From assembly GCA_028710525.1 (NCBI GenBank), contig JAQTTY010000009.1:53-64052 (forward strand): 64,000 nt of DNA, read 5' to 3'. The notes beneath the pieces are model-generated. The model searched no databases. It had not been told where the DNA came from and worked only from the letters and a program-made list of their open reading frames with translations. The DNA comes from Gallionella sp. GTDB lineage: Bacteria; Pseudomonadota; Gammaproteobacteria; Burkholderiales; Gallionellaceae. Below, in pieces: positions 37,516-49,387 of the stretch. Every line of letters begins with the position of its first letter. Positions within the stretch are counted from its first letter, which is position 1. Position numbers and translations under genes: made by a program.

Positions 37516-39009
37516 ATGGCTATCGAAACCGAACTCAAACTGCGACTTACGCCCGAGCATCTGGCTAAGCTTAAGCGGCATGCGCTATTCAAGGAGCATC
37601 AACTGGCGCGCGCTACGTCACAGCGTTTGTATAACGTGTATTTCGATACGCCCGAGCTCAATCTGCATCACTCACGTATGGCGTTGCGCTTACGCCGCAA
37701 AGGTCAGCAATGGCTGCAGACCTTGAAGGGCGGTGGGGCAATCAAGGCTGGTCTGCATCAGCGCAACGAATGGGAAGTGCCGGTACAAGGTGAAGCGCTA
37801 GATTTTTCAGCGGCAGTGACGGCAGAGTGGGATGAGTTATTGCCTGTCGCTTGGCGCGAAAAGTTGCAGCCCTTGTTTGTCACCGACTTTATGCGCAGCA
37901 CTAGGGTGGTGGAATGGCAGGGCGCGCAGATCGAGGTGTGCATGGATCAGGGCCAGATCACTGGGAGCGGTCTCCTCCATGAGATATGCGAGTTGGAGTT
38001 GGAACTGAAAGCGGGTGAACCGCAACACTTGTTCAGTCTGGCTCTGGCGATACTGGAGATCGTGCCTGTAGAGATTGAGATGGTGAACAAGGCCGAGTAT
38101 GGTTTCCGTCTGCTCAGCGGTGCGACCGAGCAGCCTGCTAAGGGAGTACTGCCCAAGCTCCAACCTGAGCAGGGGTTGGTCGTAGCACTACAGACGGCCT
38201 TAGGCGCTTGTCTGTTGCAATGGCAGCGTAACTGGCGCGGTGCATTGGTCGGCGTAGATGGCGAATTCCTGCATCAAGTACGTGTAGCCCTGCGCCGAAT
38301 GCGCGTGTTGTTACACCTCATGCAACAGTTGCGCGACGATGAGACCTTGGGGTGTTTCACGGCCGAACTGGCCGATCTTTCCGTGCTATTGGGTCGGGTG
38401 CGTGATTGGGACGTTTTCATTTCGGAAACTTTGCAACCGGTTTACCCCAAGCCACTCCAGCGCGATGGTGCGGCGCTGTTGTGGGCAGGCTGCACGACTG
38501 CTCGCAACGCCAGTCATGCCGAACTGCAGGCTGTGGCAGGTGATGTACAAAGCTTGATGCTGCGTTTCGCACAATGGATGTACTCGGATTATTGGCAGCG
38601 TCTGGAGATGGAGGAACGTTATGTACGCGATTTGGCCGCGCATAGACTGAATAAACAGACCCACCATATGGCGCTGCAATTGGCACGCAGCGATAGCCGC
38701 GATGCCTTTCAGTTGCACGAGTTGCGCATCATGGCCAAGAAGCTCAGATACATCGCTGAGTTTTTTTCAGCCTGGTTCGATGACAAGCATACGGCCGGCT
38801 TCTTGCATACGTTGAGCGAGGTGCAGCAAGAGCTGGGATCGATCAACGATGCGAGCATCGCGTATCGATTATTAGATGAGTTGGCTTTGGATGTGGTCGC
38901 CGCGCACCGTGTACGAGATGCGGTGACGGTAAATATGCATGAGCATTTCGCAGCGTTGGCACTGGTTCTCAAGCGTTACGACAAGCAGAAGATATTTTGG
39001 CGAGTCTGA
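37516..39009 (+). CDS. CYTH and CHAD domain-containing protein (inorganic triphosphatase YgiF-like)
   Basis: N-terminal E.ELKL CYTH signature (IETELKLRL). The C-terminal helical CHAD region contains FLHQVRVALRRMRV. Confidence 0.75.
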   Translation: MAIETELKLRLTPEHLAKLKRHALFKEHQLARATSQRLYNVYFDTPELNLHHSRMALRLRRKGQQWLQTLKGGGAIKAGLHQRNEWEVPVQGEALDFSAAVTAEWDELLPVAWREKLQPLFVTDFMRSTRVVEWQGAQIEVCMDQGQITGSGLLHEICELELELKAGEPQHLFSLALAILEIVPVEIEMVNKAEYGFRLLSGATEQPAKGVLPKLQPEQGLVVALQTALGACLLQWQRNWRGALVGVDGEFLHQVRVALRRMRVLLHLMQQLRDDETLGCFTAELADLSVLLGRVRDWDVFISETLQPVYPKPLQRDGAALLWAGCTTARNASHAELQAVAGDVQSLMLRFAQWMYSDYWQRLEMEERYVRDLAAHRLNKQTHHMALQLARSDSRDAFQLHELRIMAKKLRYIAEFFSAWFDDKHTAGFLHTLSEVQQELGSINDASIAYRLLDELALDVVAAHRVRDAVTVNMHEHFAALALVLKRYDKQKIFWRV

Positions 39010-39839
39010 ACGAAATAGATAAATGGCAGCGTGATGCGTTGTTACGTTCACCGCTGTTCACGCCTCTACATCCTGTAGTTACAAAACTGGGCGAGAATTT
39101 TCCTGCATTGCCCGAACTTAACCAATTACTAAGTTCAGCTCAAAGCATGATCACCGTAAAGAGCGGACATGCTCTGCGCTTTGTGCCGCAGGAAACAGGC
39201 AAGCTGGCTTTTGAGTCGCAGTACGAACCTAGGTGCTATCTTTCTGGCGAGGTGCAATCCCGCGCTGACAACTGGCATGACTTGCTCAACGCGCTGGTCT
39301 GGCTGACTTTTCCTAAGGCCAAGGCTGCCATCAACACTCGTCACTATCAGGCTTTACTGCTAGGTCACAAGGCAACCGTCGGTAGCCAGCGTGGCGCGGT
39401 GCGCGATACCAATACCCTGATGGATGAGTCGGGCGTCATCGTCGCCTGTGCCGATCCGAAACTGGCGCAAGCCTTGCGTGACTTTCAGTGGCGCGAGTTG
39501 TTCTGGAGCCGCCGCGCGGAAGTAAAGGAATATATGGGTTTTTATCTGTTCGGTCACGGCTTATACGAGAAGGCATTGCAACCTTATATAGGGCTGACAG
39601 GGCAGGGCATCATCCTCGACGTAGATGCCGAATTCTTTGCTTGGCCGCAAGCTCAGCAACTGGCGCATATGGATGAGCGGTTGGCAGCGTATTGGTCAGA
39701 TCAGCGCAACTGTCTTAACACCCGTGAGTTATCTCCTGTGCCCTTATTGGGCGTGCCGGGCTGGTGTGCAGAGAACGAGGTCGCCAGTTTCTACGACGAC
39801 ACGCGTTACTTCCGTCCTGGCCGTCGGTCTGCCGCATGA
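38997..39839 (+). CDS. Conserved hypothetical protein (possibly DUF3025 family)
   Basis: 280-aa ORF with an uncertain TTG start. The family name is recalled from memory only. Confidence 0.45.
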   Translation: MASLNEIDKWQRDALLRSPLFTPLHPVVTKLGENFPALPELNQLLSSAQSMITVKSGHALRFVPQETGKLAFESQYEPRCYLSGEVQSRADNWHDLLNALVWLTFPKAKAAINTRHYQALLLGHKATVGSQRGAVRDTNTLMDESGVIVACADPKLAQALRDFQWRELFWSRRAEVKEYMGFYLFGHGLYEKALQPYIGLTGQGIILDVDAEFFAWPQAQQLAHMDERLAAYWSDQRNCLNTRELSPVPLLGVPGWCAENEVASFYDDTRYFRPGRRSAA

Positions 39840-40375
39840 ACGACTTGCCCTATCTGCGTGGCTATTCCGAGACCTTGCGTGCGCAAGCGCGGCAGTTGTT
39901 GGACGAGGGGAAGTTGGCGGATTGGTTGCAAGGGCGTTATCCAAATCAACATAGTGTACGCAACGACAAGGCACTCTATGACTATGTGATGGAACTAAAA
40001 AACACCGCTATGCGTGCCGCACCTGCGATACATAAAGTTTGCTATGACAGCCGTTTGCAGGTCTTGCATCGTGCGCTAGGCGTGCATCAGGCCAGCTCAC
40101 GAGTGCAAGGTGCGAAGTTACGCGCGCACAAGGAGATACGCGTCGCCGCCTTGTTCAAAGACACGCCACCCGAGTTTCTTAAGATGATCGTGGTACACGA
40201 GTTGGCACATTTGAAAGAGATGCAGCACAACAAGGCTTTCTATCAGCTTTGTCTGCATATGGAACCGGACTACCACCGCTATGAGTTGGATCTGCGCTTG
40301 TATCTGACTATGCGTGCCACACAGGGTGATGAGGCTGCGGCTGAAGTTGACAGTACCAGTGGCTTAGTGGGCTAG
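39836..40375 (+). CDS. YgjP-like (DUF45/M48 family) metal-dependent hydrolase
   Basis: HEXXH-type motif VVHELAHLKEMQHNKAFY. ATG at 39836 overlaps the previous stop (ATGA). Confidence 0.65.
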   Translation: MNDLPYLRGYSETLRAQARQLLDEGKLADWLQGRYPNQHSVRNDKALYDYVMELKNTAMRAAPAIHKVCYDSRLQVLHRALGVHQASSRVQGAKLRAHKEIRVAALFKDTPPEFLKMIVVHELAHLKEMQHNKAFYQLCLHMEPDYHRYELDLRLYLTMRATQGDEAAAEVDSTSGLVG

Positions 40376-41725
40376 CAGTAGCCGAGCGCAACGCACACCG
40401 CTGATGACCGCGCCTTCCAACGTGGCGGGATAGTCGCCCGCCGTATAGTCTCCGGCCAGCAATACTCTAGCTTCGGCTGTCTGTTGCGTGGGTCGTAGTA
40501 GGTTTGGAGAACAGCAGAAAGTGGCGCGTTTCTCGGCGATGACTTTGTACCACAGCGGTGTGTCGCTTATGCCGAACTCTCGTTGCAATTCCGCGATGAC
40601 CTTCTGTGCCAACGCCTCCTGAGACAGATCTTGGTGCAAACCTTCGGCGCTGATAACAGCGGCGAGTAAGCCGTGTTGTGCGGCGATCTGTCCTTTATCG
40701 AATAGCCACTGGCTAACACACTGATGCAAGCCCAACATGGGGCAAGGCAGACGTACTTGTTCAGGATATTGCAGATACACGGTATAGATGGGTTGTTGCT
40801 CTAGTGCCTCTATATGAGCCACGGTATTGCGCAAGGCTGCGATAGGGTCTAGCAGTCTTGCGGCTACAGTAGGCGATGTGGCACAGATGATATGACTGTA
40901 ATGCTGTGTGCCAGCAGCGCTGCTCAGTGTCACGCCGTCTGCTTGTGTCGTGATTGTCTCGATTCCTTCTGCCAGCAGCACCTTGCCACCATGCTTTACC
41001 ACGTAGTCTGCCGCGCGTTGCGGAAACAACGCAGTGAAATCGAGGTGCGGCAATAGCATGTCGCTATCGGCACGACGGCGATCCAGTGAATCTCGCAGCA
41101 CGTTCAGCAGTACTTGCGCAGAAGCCTTGTGGATCGGTGTATTAAGGGCCGCGATGCACAGCGGTTCCCAGAGTTTGAGACTCAGATTCGCATCTTGATC
41201 ATGTAAGGCAAGCAAGGCGCTGACCGTCATGTCCTGCTGCAAACGGAAGTCGTTGAGGCGCATCGTCAGCATGAATCGCGCTGCTTTGAGACGCTCGCTC
41301 CAGTCTAAGCCTTGTGCCCTCATCAGTGCGACGAGCAAATGCAGCGGGGCGGGCAAGCGGGGCGCTTTGAGCGAGAATTGTTTGTGCAGATCGAGTTGCA
41401 AAGGCAGGCGCAAAAAGTCCTGTGCGATATCGCCGCCCACTAGTTCTATCAGACGCAAGGTCTCGCGGTAGCAGCCCAGCAACAGATGTTGTCCGTTGTC
41501 CAACTGGGTGTCGTTGTACTCGACACCGCGCGCACGGCCACCGAGTTGTTTGGCACTTTCATAGACCGTGACCGGGATGCCACGTGCAGCCAACTCGGCC
41601 GCAGCTGCCATACCGGCGTAACCGCCACCGATGACGGCAATGTTCAAACCGTGATTTTCACGATTGCCTCCTCTACCACTGGGAGAGGGTTGCGGTGAGG
41701 GGGAGTTGTTTAGTTTTGTAACCAA
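40364..41725 (-). CDS. hpnE: Hydroxysqualene dehydroxylase HpnE (squalene-associated FAD-dependent desaturase)
   Basis: FAD fold NIAVIGGGYAGMAAAAELA. Lies downstream of hpnC and hpnD. The first 26 codons translate a REP-like repeat (SPSPQPSPSGRGG), so the true start is probably the TTG near 41647. Confidence 0.8.
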   Translation of the reverse strand: MVTKLNNSPSPQPSPSGRGGNRENHGLNIAVIGGGYAGMAAAAELAARGIPVTVYESAKQLGGRARGVEYNDTQLDNGQHLLLGCYRETLRLIELVGGDIAQDFLRLPLQLDLHKQFSLKAPRLPAPLHLLVALMRAQGLDWSERLKAARFMLTMRLNDFRLQQDMTVSALLALHDQDANLSLKLWEPLCIAALNTPIHKASAQVLLNVLRDSLDRRRADSDMLLPHLDFTALFPQRAADYVVKHGGKVLLAEGIETITTQADGVTLSSAAGTQHYSHIICATSPTVAARLLDPIAALRNTVAHIEALEQQPIYTVYLQYPEQVRLPCPMLGLHQCVSQWLFDKGQIAAQHGLLAAVISAEGLHQDLSQEALAQKVIAELQREFGISDTPLWYKVIAEKRATFCCSPNLLRPTQQTAEARVLLAGDYTAGDYPATLEGAVISGVRCARLLLAH

Positions 41726-42543
41726 GTCTTGAAGGCCAGCCAGAGTTTGCGTATCGGCGTGAGTGACACGCGCTCTTTGAGTACATGACAGCCGCTGGCG
41801 ACCACCTCAACGAGCGTGGCGCGATAGATGGCTGCCATGATGAGGCCAGTGCGCTGAGTCTTGCGGTCTTCGGCTGGCAATAAAGCCAGTGCCTGATCGT
41901 AAAAACGTTGCGCACGTTCTATCTGGAAGGCCATTAGTTTCTGGAAATTCTCAGACTCGCGTGCGTTGAGTATGTCGGCAGCGGTCACGCCGAACTGTTG
42001 CATCTCATCCATGGGTAGATAGATGCGATTGCGGCGCGCATCCTCACCCACGTCACGAATGATGTTGGTGAGTTGGAAGGCGATGCCTAGGTCATGTGCA
42101 TACTTCAACGTCTGGCGGTTGGTATAGCCAAAGATCTCCACGCTCAATAGACCCACCACCGAGGCAACTCGGTAGCAATACAGTTGCAGCGATTTGAAGT
42201 CCTGATAGCGTGGTTGGTCTAGATCCATCTCCATCCCATCTATGATTTCCTGCAGATGTTCCTGTGCCATATTGAACTGCTTCACTACTGGCACCAGCGC
42301 GATGGCTACCGGATGCTGTGGATGTCCGCCATAGATCTCGGCGACCTGGCTGCGCCACCAGTTCAAGGTGGTACGTGCAACTTCCTCGTCCGTGCATTCA
42401 TCCACCACATCGTCCACCTCACGGCAGAAGGCATACAGCGCCACGATGGCGCGGCGCTTCTCCAATGGCAGAAACATAAAGCTGTAGTAGAAACTAGAAC
42501 CGCTGGCAGCGGCTTTGTCTTGGCAGTATTGATCTGGATTCAT
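41710..42543 (-). CDS. hpnD: Presqualene diphosphate synthase HpnD
   Basis: Squalene/phytoene synthase fold with SFYYSFMFLP and Asp-rich CREVDDVVDE. Confidence 0.85.
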   Translation of the reverse strand: MNPDQYCQDKAAASGSSFYYSFMFLPLEKRRAIVALYAFCREVDDVVDECTDEEVARTTLNWWRSQVAEIYGGHPQHPVAIALVPVVKQFNMAQEHLQEIIDGMEMDLDQPRYQDFKSLQLYCYRVASVVGLLSVEIFGYTNRQTLKYAHDLGIAFQLTNIIRDVGEDARRNRIYLPMDEMQQFGVTAADILNARESENFQKLMAFQIERAQRFYDQALALLPAEDRKTQRTGLIMAAIYRATLVEVVASGCHVLKERVSLTPIRKLWLAFKTWLQN

Positions 42544-42555
42544 AGCGTATTTTTA

Positions 42556-42652
42556 TCCACGAAAGACACGAAAAGCACGAAATAAAATCAGTTTAGAAAG
42601 TGTGCTGATATTGATGCGTTTGTTTGTTCGTGCTTTTCGTGTCTTTCGTGGA
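42556..42652. repeat. 26-bp perfect inverted repeat with a 45-nt spacer in the hpnC-hpnD intergenic region
   Basis: TCCACGAAAGACACGAAAAGCACGAA (42556-42581) and its exact reverse complement (42627-42652). Confidence 0.85.
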
Positions 42653-42663
42653 CGAAGGTTTTG

Positions 42664-43479
42664 TTAGTAAGTGTGCGGTGCGGATCTGGCCAGCATAATA
42701 ACCCAGTCGCTAGCCCCCAATACTGGGCGCTTGCGGAACACGTCGTAATCGACGGCTTCAATTTTTTTGAGAATGCGCAGACCGCCCTGGATGATCATGC
42801 GCATCTCCAGGCCGATGCGGCCAGTGAGGATGCTGCCTAACGGCGCGCCTTGCAGCATCAGTGCGCGGGCACGATCTACTTGGAACTTCATCAACGCGCG
42901 CCAGGCATCATCACAGCGACCTTCGCTAATATGTGCTTCGCTGACACCGAACTGTGCCATTTCGTCCAGCGGCAGATAGAAACGCCCGATGAGGTTATCT
43001 TTGGCCACGTCCTGCCAAAAGTTGATGAGCTGCAAAGCGGTACAGATGGCATCGGAGTAAGCGATATTCACCGGAGTGACTTCTTCATACAGATGCAACA
43101 TCAGAGTGCCAACGGGATTGGCCGAGCGCCGGCAATAGTCCAACAGCGCTTCATAGTTCTCGTAACGCTTTTGCACCACATCTTGTGAGAAGGCATCGAG
43201 CAGATCGTGGAAAGGTTGCAAAGGCAGTTCGTATTGTTCGATCTGTGTCGTCAGATGTTGAAACAACGGGGTGAGCGGCGTCTGATGTGCGGCGATGCGG
43301 GCCAGCTCAGCACGAAAATCATTAAGTCCCTTAAGGCGTAGCTCGTCACTGGCATCCCCTTCATCGGCGATATCGTCAGCTTCGCGCGCGAAGTGATAGA
43401 TGGCGGCCACCGGCTTGCGCAAGCGACGTGGCATCAGGATGGACGCGACTGGGAAGTTCTCGTAATGCTCTACGGACAT
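42664..43479 (-). CDS. hpnC: Squalene synthase HpnC
   Basis: N-terminal HYENFPVAS, Asp-rich AREADDIADE and YCRRSANPVG. Confidence 0.85.
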   Translation of the reverse strand: MSVEHYENFPVASILMPRRLRKPVAAIYHFAREADDIADEGDASDELRLKGLNDFRAELARIAAHQTPLTPLFQHLTTQIEQYELPLQPFHDLLDAFSQDVVQKRYENYEALLDYCRRSANPVGTLMLHLYEEVTPVNIAYSDAICTALQLINFWQDVAKDNLIGRFYLPLDEMAQFGVSEAHISEGRCDDAWRALMKFQVDRARALMLQGAPLGSILTGRIGLEMRMIIQGGLRILKKIEAVDYDVFRKRPVLGASDWVIMLARSAPHTY

Positions 43480-43498
43480 TGCAGCTCAGGCCTAACGG

Positions 43499-44407
43499 TC
43501 ACAGACCGGACAGGTCGTTGCGGTGCAGCATGAAAACAAATTGATCACCGGCCGTGACATCCAGCCAAGTGAAGGGAAGTTTTGGATATACGGATTCCAA
43601 TATATCGCGGTTGTGGCCAATCTCGACGATGAGGATGCCATTGTCGGTAAGGTGTTTTGCCGCGTGTTTTAGTATGGTACGGGTTGCATCCAGTCCATCC
43701 TCGCCACTACCTAGTGCCAACTCGGGTTCATGCAGATACTCGGGCGGTAAATCAGCTACCGATGGTGCATCTACATAAGGTGGATTGCTGATGATGAGAT
43801 CGTATTTCTTGTTACCCAGCTTGGCGTAAAGGTCAGACTCTATGAGTTGCACCCGATCATTGAGTTCGTAGTCGTCCACGTTGTGTTGCGCCACATCCAA
43901 GGCATCTAGAGACAGATCGACGGCATCCACTCCTGCGTTCGGGAACATATGGGCCGCGAGGATGGCGAGACAGCCACTGCCGGTGCACATATCCAACACA
44001 CTATGTACAGCCTCAGGATCGGCGACCCAAGGACTCAGACTGTCGCGCAACAGTTCCGCGATAAAGGAACGCGGCACGATGACACGTTCATCCACATAGA
44101 AACTGAATTCGCCTAGGAAAGCTTCTTTGGTCAGATAAGCTGCTGGGATACGTTCTTCCACACGGCGTTGCAAAATGTGGATGAGTGCGCTACGTTCGCT
44201 TTCGGTGAGGCGCGCATCCAAGAATGGCTCTAGCCTGTCCAACGGCAGATGCAAGGTATGCAACACCAGATAGACAGCTTCGTCATAGGCTTCGCTGCTG
44301 CCATGACCAAAGAATAAGTTAGCCTGATGGAAGCGGCTAACCGCGAAACGCACATAGTCGCGTATCGTAAACAGGTCTTGTGTGGCTAGAGGAAAGTGTC
44401 GATTCAT
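43499..44407 (-). CDS. prmB: 50S ribosomal protein L3 N5-glutamine methyltransferase
   Basis: SAM motif DMCTGSGCLA and catalytic NPPY (ISNPPYVD). 302 aa. Confidence 0.8.
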   Translation of the reverse strand: MNRHFPLATQDLFTIRDYVRFAVSRFHQANLFFGHGSSEAYDEAVYLVLHTLHLPLDRLEPFLDARLTESERSALIHILQRRVEERIPAAYLTKEAFLGEFSFYVDERVIVPRSFIAELLRDSLSPWVADPEAVHSVLDMCTGSGCLAILAAHMFPNAGVDAVDLSLDALDVAQHNVDDYELNDRVQLIESDLYAKLGNKKYDLIISNPPYVDAPSVADLPPEYLHEPELALGSGEDGLDATRTILKHAAKHLTDNGILIVEIGHNRDILESVYPKLPFTWLDVTAGDQFVFMLHRNDLSGL

Positions 44408-44415
44408 GTGTGCCT

Positions 44416-44580
44416 TTAGTTCTTCTTTTTGGATTTCTTTTGCTTTACCTCGTCCGCCGGCGCTTCAGCACCTTCGGCGGGCTTGTCAAAACCGTCGCGG
44501 TATTTGTGCTTATGGATGTCGTAACGCAACAACAGGATGAATGCGACCAAGATAAAGGAAATCACTAGGATAAAAGTCAT
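44416..44580 (-). CDS. Small membrane protein (54 aa), below the ORF-track cutoff
   Basis: Minus-strand ORF MTFILVISFILVAFILLLRYDIHKHKYRDGFDKPAEGAEAPADEVKQKKSKKKN. One TM helix plus a charged tail. Fills the dapE-prmB gap. Confidence 0.4.
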   Translation of the reverse strand: MTFILVISFILVAFILLLRYDIHKHKYRDGFDKPAEGAEAPADEVKQKKSKKKN

Positions 44581-44583
44581 CGT

Positions 44584-46068
<1,485 letters not shown>

Positions 46069-46072
<4 letters not shown>

Positions 46073-47232
46073 TTAGGCCCGCCCATATTGAGTTTGATGT
46101 CGCTGAAGTCGGTGCCCGAACCGACATCATCCGCATGGCCGGGGTGATAGGCCGCTTGCTGACTGGTCTTTACGCCACTTGAGAACTCGATAAGGCTGGA
46201 CAGGTTGCTGGAAGAATCCGCGTGGCGCATGGCTTCGTCTTTTGTGATCTTGCCTGCCTTGATGAGTTTGTAGAGCGCCTGTTCGAAGGTCTGCGAGCCG
46301 GCCGAGACACTCTTCTCGATTGCATCGCGTATCTTATCGATCTCGTCATTCTTGATTAGATCGGCAATGAGCGAGGTCTTGAGCAGTATCTCTACGGCAG
46401 GAATCAACTTGCCATCCACACCACGCACCAGACGTTGCGAGACTACTGCGCGCAAGCACATGGAAAGATCGGACAGCACGCTCATACGCGACTCATAGGG
46501 GAAGAAGTTCACGATACGGTTAAGCGCGTGATAGCTGTTGTTGGCATGTAGGGTGGTCAGACACAGGTGGCCAGTCTGGGCGAAGATCAGCGCGTGTTTT
46601 AGTGTCTCACGGTCGCGTACCTCACCTATCATTAATACATCAGGCGCTTCACGCATACCGCTGGATAAAGCATGGTCGTAGGACAAGGTATCCGTGCCGA
46701 TCTCGCGCTGGTTAACGATGGATTTCTCGTGCGTGAAAATATATTCGACGGGGTCTTCTATGGTCAGAATATGGCCGCTGGTGGTGCTGTTGCGGTGCTC
46801 TATCATGGCTGCCAACGTAGTCGATTTACCCGAACCCGTCGCACCCACCACCAGTACCAGACCACGCTTCTCCATGATCAGTTCTTTGAGGATGGTCGGC
46901 AGGTTGAGGTTCTCCACGTCACTGATCTTGGCTTTGACGAAACGAATCACGATAGCCACATCGCCGCGCTGACGGAACACGTTGACACGGAAGTTGCCTA
47001 TGGTCGGATCACGAAAAGAGAAGTTCATCTCCATTTGCAACTCGAACTCGTCTATCTGACTTGGCGTCATCAACTCGTAGGCAATCTGCTTAGTCATATC
47101 ACCGTCGAGTATCTGGGCATTGACCGGCATGGCCTTGCCTTCGATTTTGATGTTGACCGGCGCACCGACCGAAAAGAACAGATCGGATGCTTGCTTGTCG
47201 GCAGCGAGTTGCAGCAATGGTGTGACGATCAT
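46069..47232 (-). CDS. pilU: Type IVa pilus retraction ATPase PilU (PilT family)
   Basis: Walker A GATGSGKST, the ILTIEDPVE box, a His box and a PilU-type C-terminal extension. Confidence 0.8.
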
Positions 47233-47303
47233 GATGCTCTCCCGTGTAGGGGTGCCTAGCGACGCACCCTAATATGTTAGGCGTGGATTACACGCCCTTG
47301 CCA

Positions 47304-48125
47304 TTAGATACCGCGCAACAGTTCATTGATACCGACTTTACTCAAAGTCTTAGCATCGACCTTCTTCACGATGACCGCGCAATACAGGCTGTACTTGCCG
47401 TCGGCTGAGGGCAAACTGCCGCTCACCACCACTGAACCTGCCGGTACGCGACCATACATGACCTCGCCGGTTTCACGGTCGTAGATCTTGGTGCTCTGGC
47501 CGATAAACACGCCCATAGAAATAACGACGTTGTCTTCTAAGATAACGCCTTCGACAATCTCAGAGCGCGCACCGACGAAGCAGTTGTCGCCGATGATAGT
47601 AGGGTTAGCTTGTACGGGTTCAAGCACGCCGCCGATTCCCACACCACCGCTCAGATGCACGTTCTTACCGATCTGTGCGCATGAACCTACGGTCGCCCAA
47701 GTGTCCACCATAGTGCCTTCATCCACATAGGCGCCGATGTTCACATAGGAAGGCATCAACACCACGTTCTTGGCGATGAAAGCGCCTTTACGTGCAGCAG
47801 CGGGAGGGACCACGCGGAAACCGCCTTCACGGAAGTCACGGCTGTTGTAGTCAGCGAACTTGGATGGCACTTTGTCGTAGTAGTTGGTGAAACCACCTTT
47901 GATGAAGTTGTTGTCTTCCAGACGGAAGGACAACAGCACGGCTTTCTTCAGCCATTGATGGGTGACCCACTCACCATTGATCTTTTCCGCCACGCGCAAG
48001 GAACCATTGTCCAGCTTGGTGATGACAGCATCGACCGCTTCTTTAAGTTGCGCGTCCGCATTGCGTGGTGTGATTTCGGCGCGGCGTTCAAAGGCGGTTT
48101 CGATGATTTTTTGCAATTGATCCAT
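47304..48125 (-). CDS. dapD: 2,3,4,5-tetrahydropyridine-2,6-dicarboxylate N-succinyltransferase
   Basis: 273 aa. Left-handed beta-helix hexapeptide repeats and a DapD-like N-terminus. Confidence 0.85.
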   Translation of the reverse strand: MDQLQKIIETAFERRAEITPRNADAQLKEAVDAVITKLDNGSLRVAEKINGEWVTHQWLKKAVLLSFRLEDNNFIKGGFTNYYDKVPSKFADYNSRDFREGGFRVVPPAAARKGAFIAKNVVLMPSYVNIGAYVDEGTMVDTWATVGSCAQIGKNVHLSGGVGIGGVLEPVQANPTIIGDNCFVGARSEIVEGVILEDNVVISMGVFIGQSTKIYDRETGEVMYGRVPAGSVVVSGSLPSADGKYSLYCAVIVKKVDAKTLSKVGINELLRGI

Positions 48126-48145
48126 GATGGGGTCCTGTTAAGTTT

Positions 48146-49342
48146 TTATTGATTAAGATTGGTGACGAATCGGGCGATGCGTAGTGCAGCTTCCACGGTC
48201 TCTGCAGTATTGGCGACCAGCGCCAGTCGTACGAAATCCTTACCGGGGTTGATGCCTTGCGCTTCACGTGCCAGATAGCTGCCCGGCAAAACGGTGACAT
48301 TATAGTCACGATAGAGTTGTTGCGCGAAATCGGTATCTGCGATGGGGGTACGTATCCATAGATAGAAACCCGCGTCCGGCATCACTACGGGCAGCACCGG
48401 CTTAAGGATAGCAACGACTTGATCAAACTTTTCCGCATACAGACGGCGGTTCTCGATGACGTGAGACTCGTCGTTCCATGCCGCGATGGTTGCAGCTTGG
48501 ATGGCGGGATTCATGGCCGAGCCATGATAGGTACGATACAAGGCGAACTTGGCAATGACCTTGGCATCCCCCGCGACGAAACCAGAGCGCATACCGGGCA
48601 CATTCGAGCGTTTCGACAGGCTGGAGAACATCACCAGATTCTTATAATCGCTGCGACCCAGCTGCTGTGCGGCTTGCAGGGCCCCCAGCGGCCTGTCGTC
48701 GCCAAAATAGATCTCTGAATAGCACTCGTCCGAAGCGATGACGAAACCATAGCGGTCCGACATCTCGAACAAGTCGCGCCATTCCGCTAAGGACATCACG
48801 CTGCCGCTGGGATTACCCGGCGAGCAGACATAGATAAGTTGAGTGCGTTGCCAAACTGCTTCTGGCAATTGCGCAAAGTTCAGCGCGAAATGATCTTCTG
48901 GCAGCGTATTGAGGAAGTAGGGCGTAGCACCTGACAAGAAGGCCGCGCCTTCGTAGATCTGGTAGAAGGGATTGGGGCAGACCACGGCAGGGTCAGTCTT
49001 GCTGCGGTCTATCACCGCTTGGGCAAAGGCGAAAAGAGCTTCACGACTGCCGTTCACCGGCAACACCTGGGTCTGTGCATCCAAGGTGGGAATGCCGTAA
49101 CGACGGCTTATCCATAGCGCGATGTTGCTACGCAAGGCTTCCGAGCCTGCGGTTGTGGGATAATTCGCCAGCCCATCCAGACCCGCGACTAAAGCATCTT
49201 TGATGAATGTAGGTGTGGCGTGTTTGGGTTCGCCTATCGACAGACTGATGGGTCGGTAAGCGGGATTTGCAGTCACTACACGGAATAGCGCAGCCAGTTT
49301 TTGGAAGGGGTAGGGCTGGAGTTTTTCTAAATCGGGATTCAT
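48146..49342 (-). CDS. dapC: Succinyldiaminopimelate transaminase
   Basis: Class I/II aminotransferase with the PLP-lysine segment SSLSKRSNVPGMRSG. Adjacent to dapD. Start set at MNPDLEKLQPYPF. Confidence 0.8.
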   Translation of the reverse strand: MNPDLEKLQPYPFQKLAALFRVVTANPAYRPISLSIGEPKHATPTFIKDALVAGLDGLANYPTTAGSEALRSNIALWISRRYGIPTLDAQTQVLPVNGSREALFAFAQAVIDRSKTDPAVVCPNPFYQIYEGAAFLSGATPYFLNTLPEDHFALNFAQLPEAVWQRTQLIYVCSPGNPSGSVMSLAEWRDLFEMSDRYGFVIASDECYSEIYFGDDRPLGALQAAQQLGRSDYKNLVMFSSLSKRSNVPGMRSGFVAGDAKVIAKFALYRTYHGSAMNPAIQAATIAAWNDESHVIENRRLYAEKFDQVVAILKPVLPVVMPDAGFYLWIRTPIADTDFAQQLYRDYNVTVLPGSYLAREAQGINPGKDFVRLALVANTAETVEAALRIARFVTNLNQ

Positions 49343-49387
49343 TTCACAGTTGCAGTCGCGCAAAAATCAGCGCGCATTATAAGGGTC

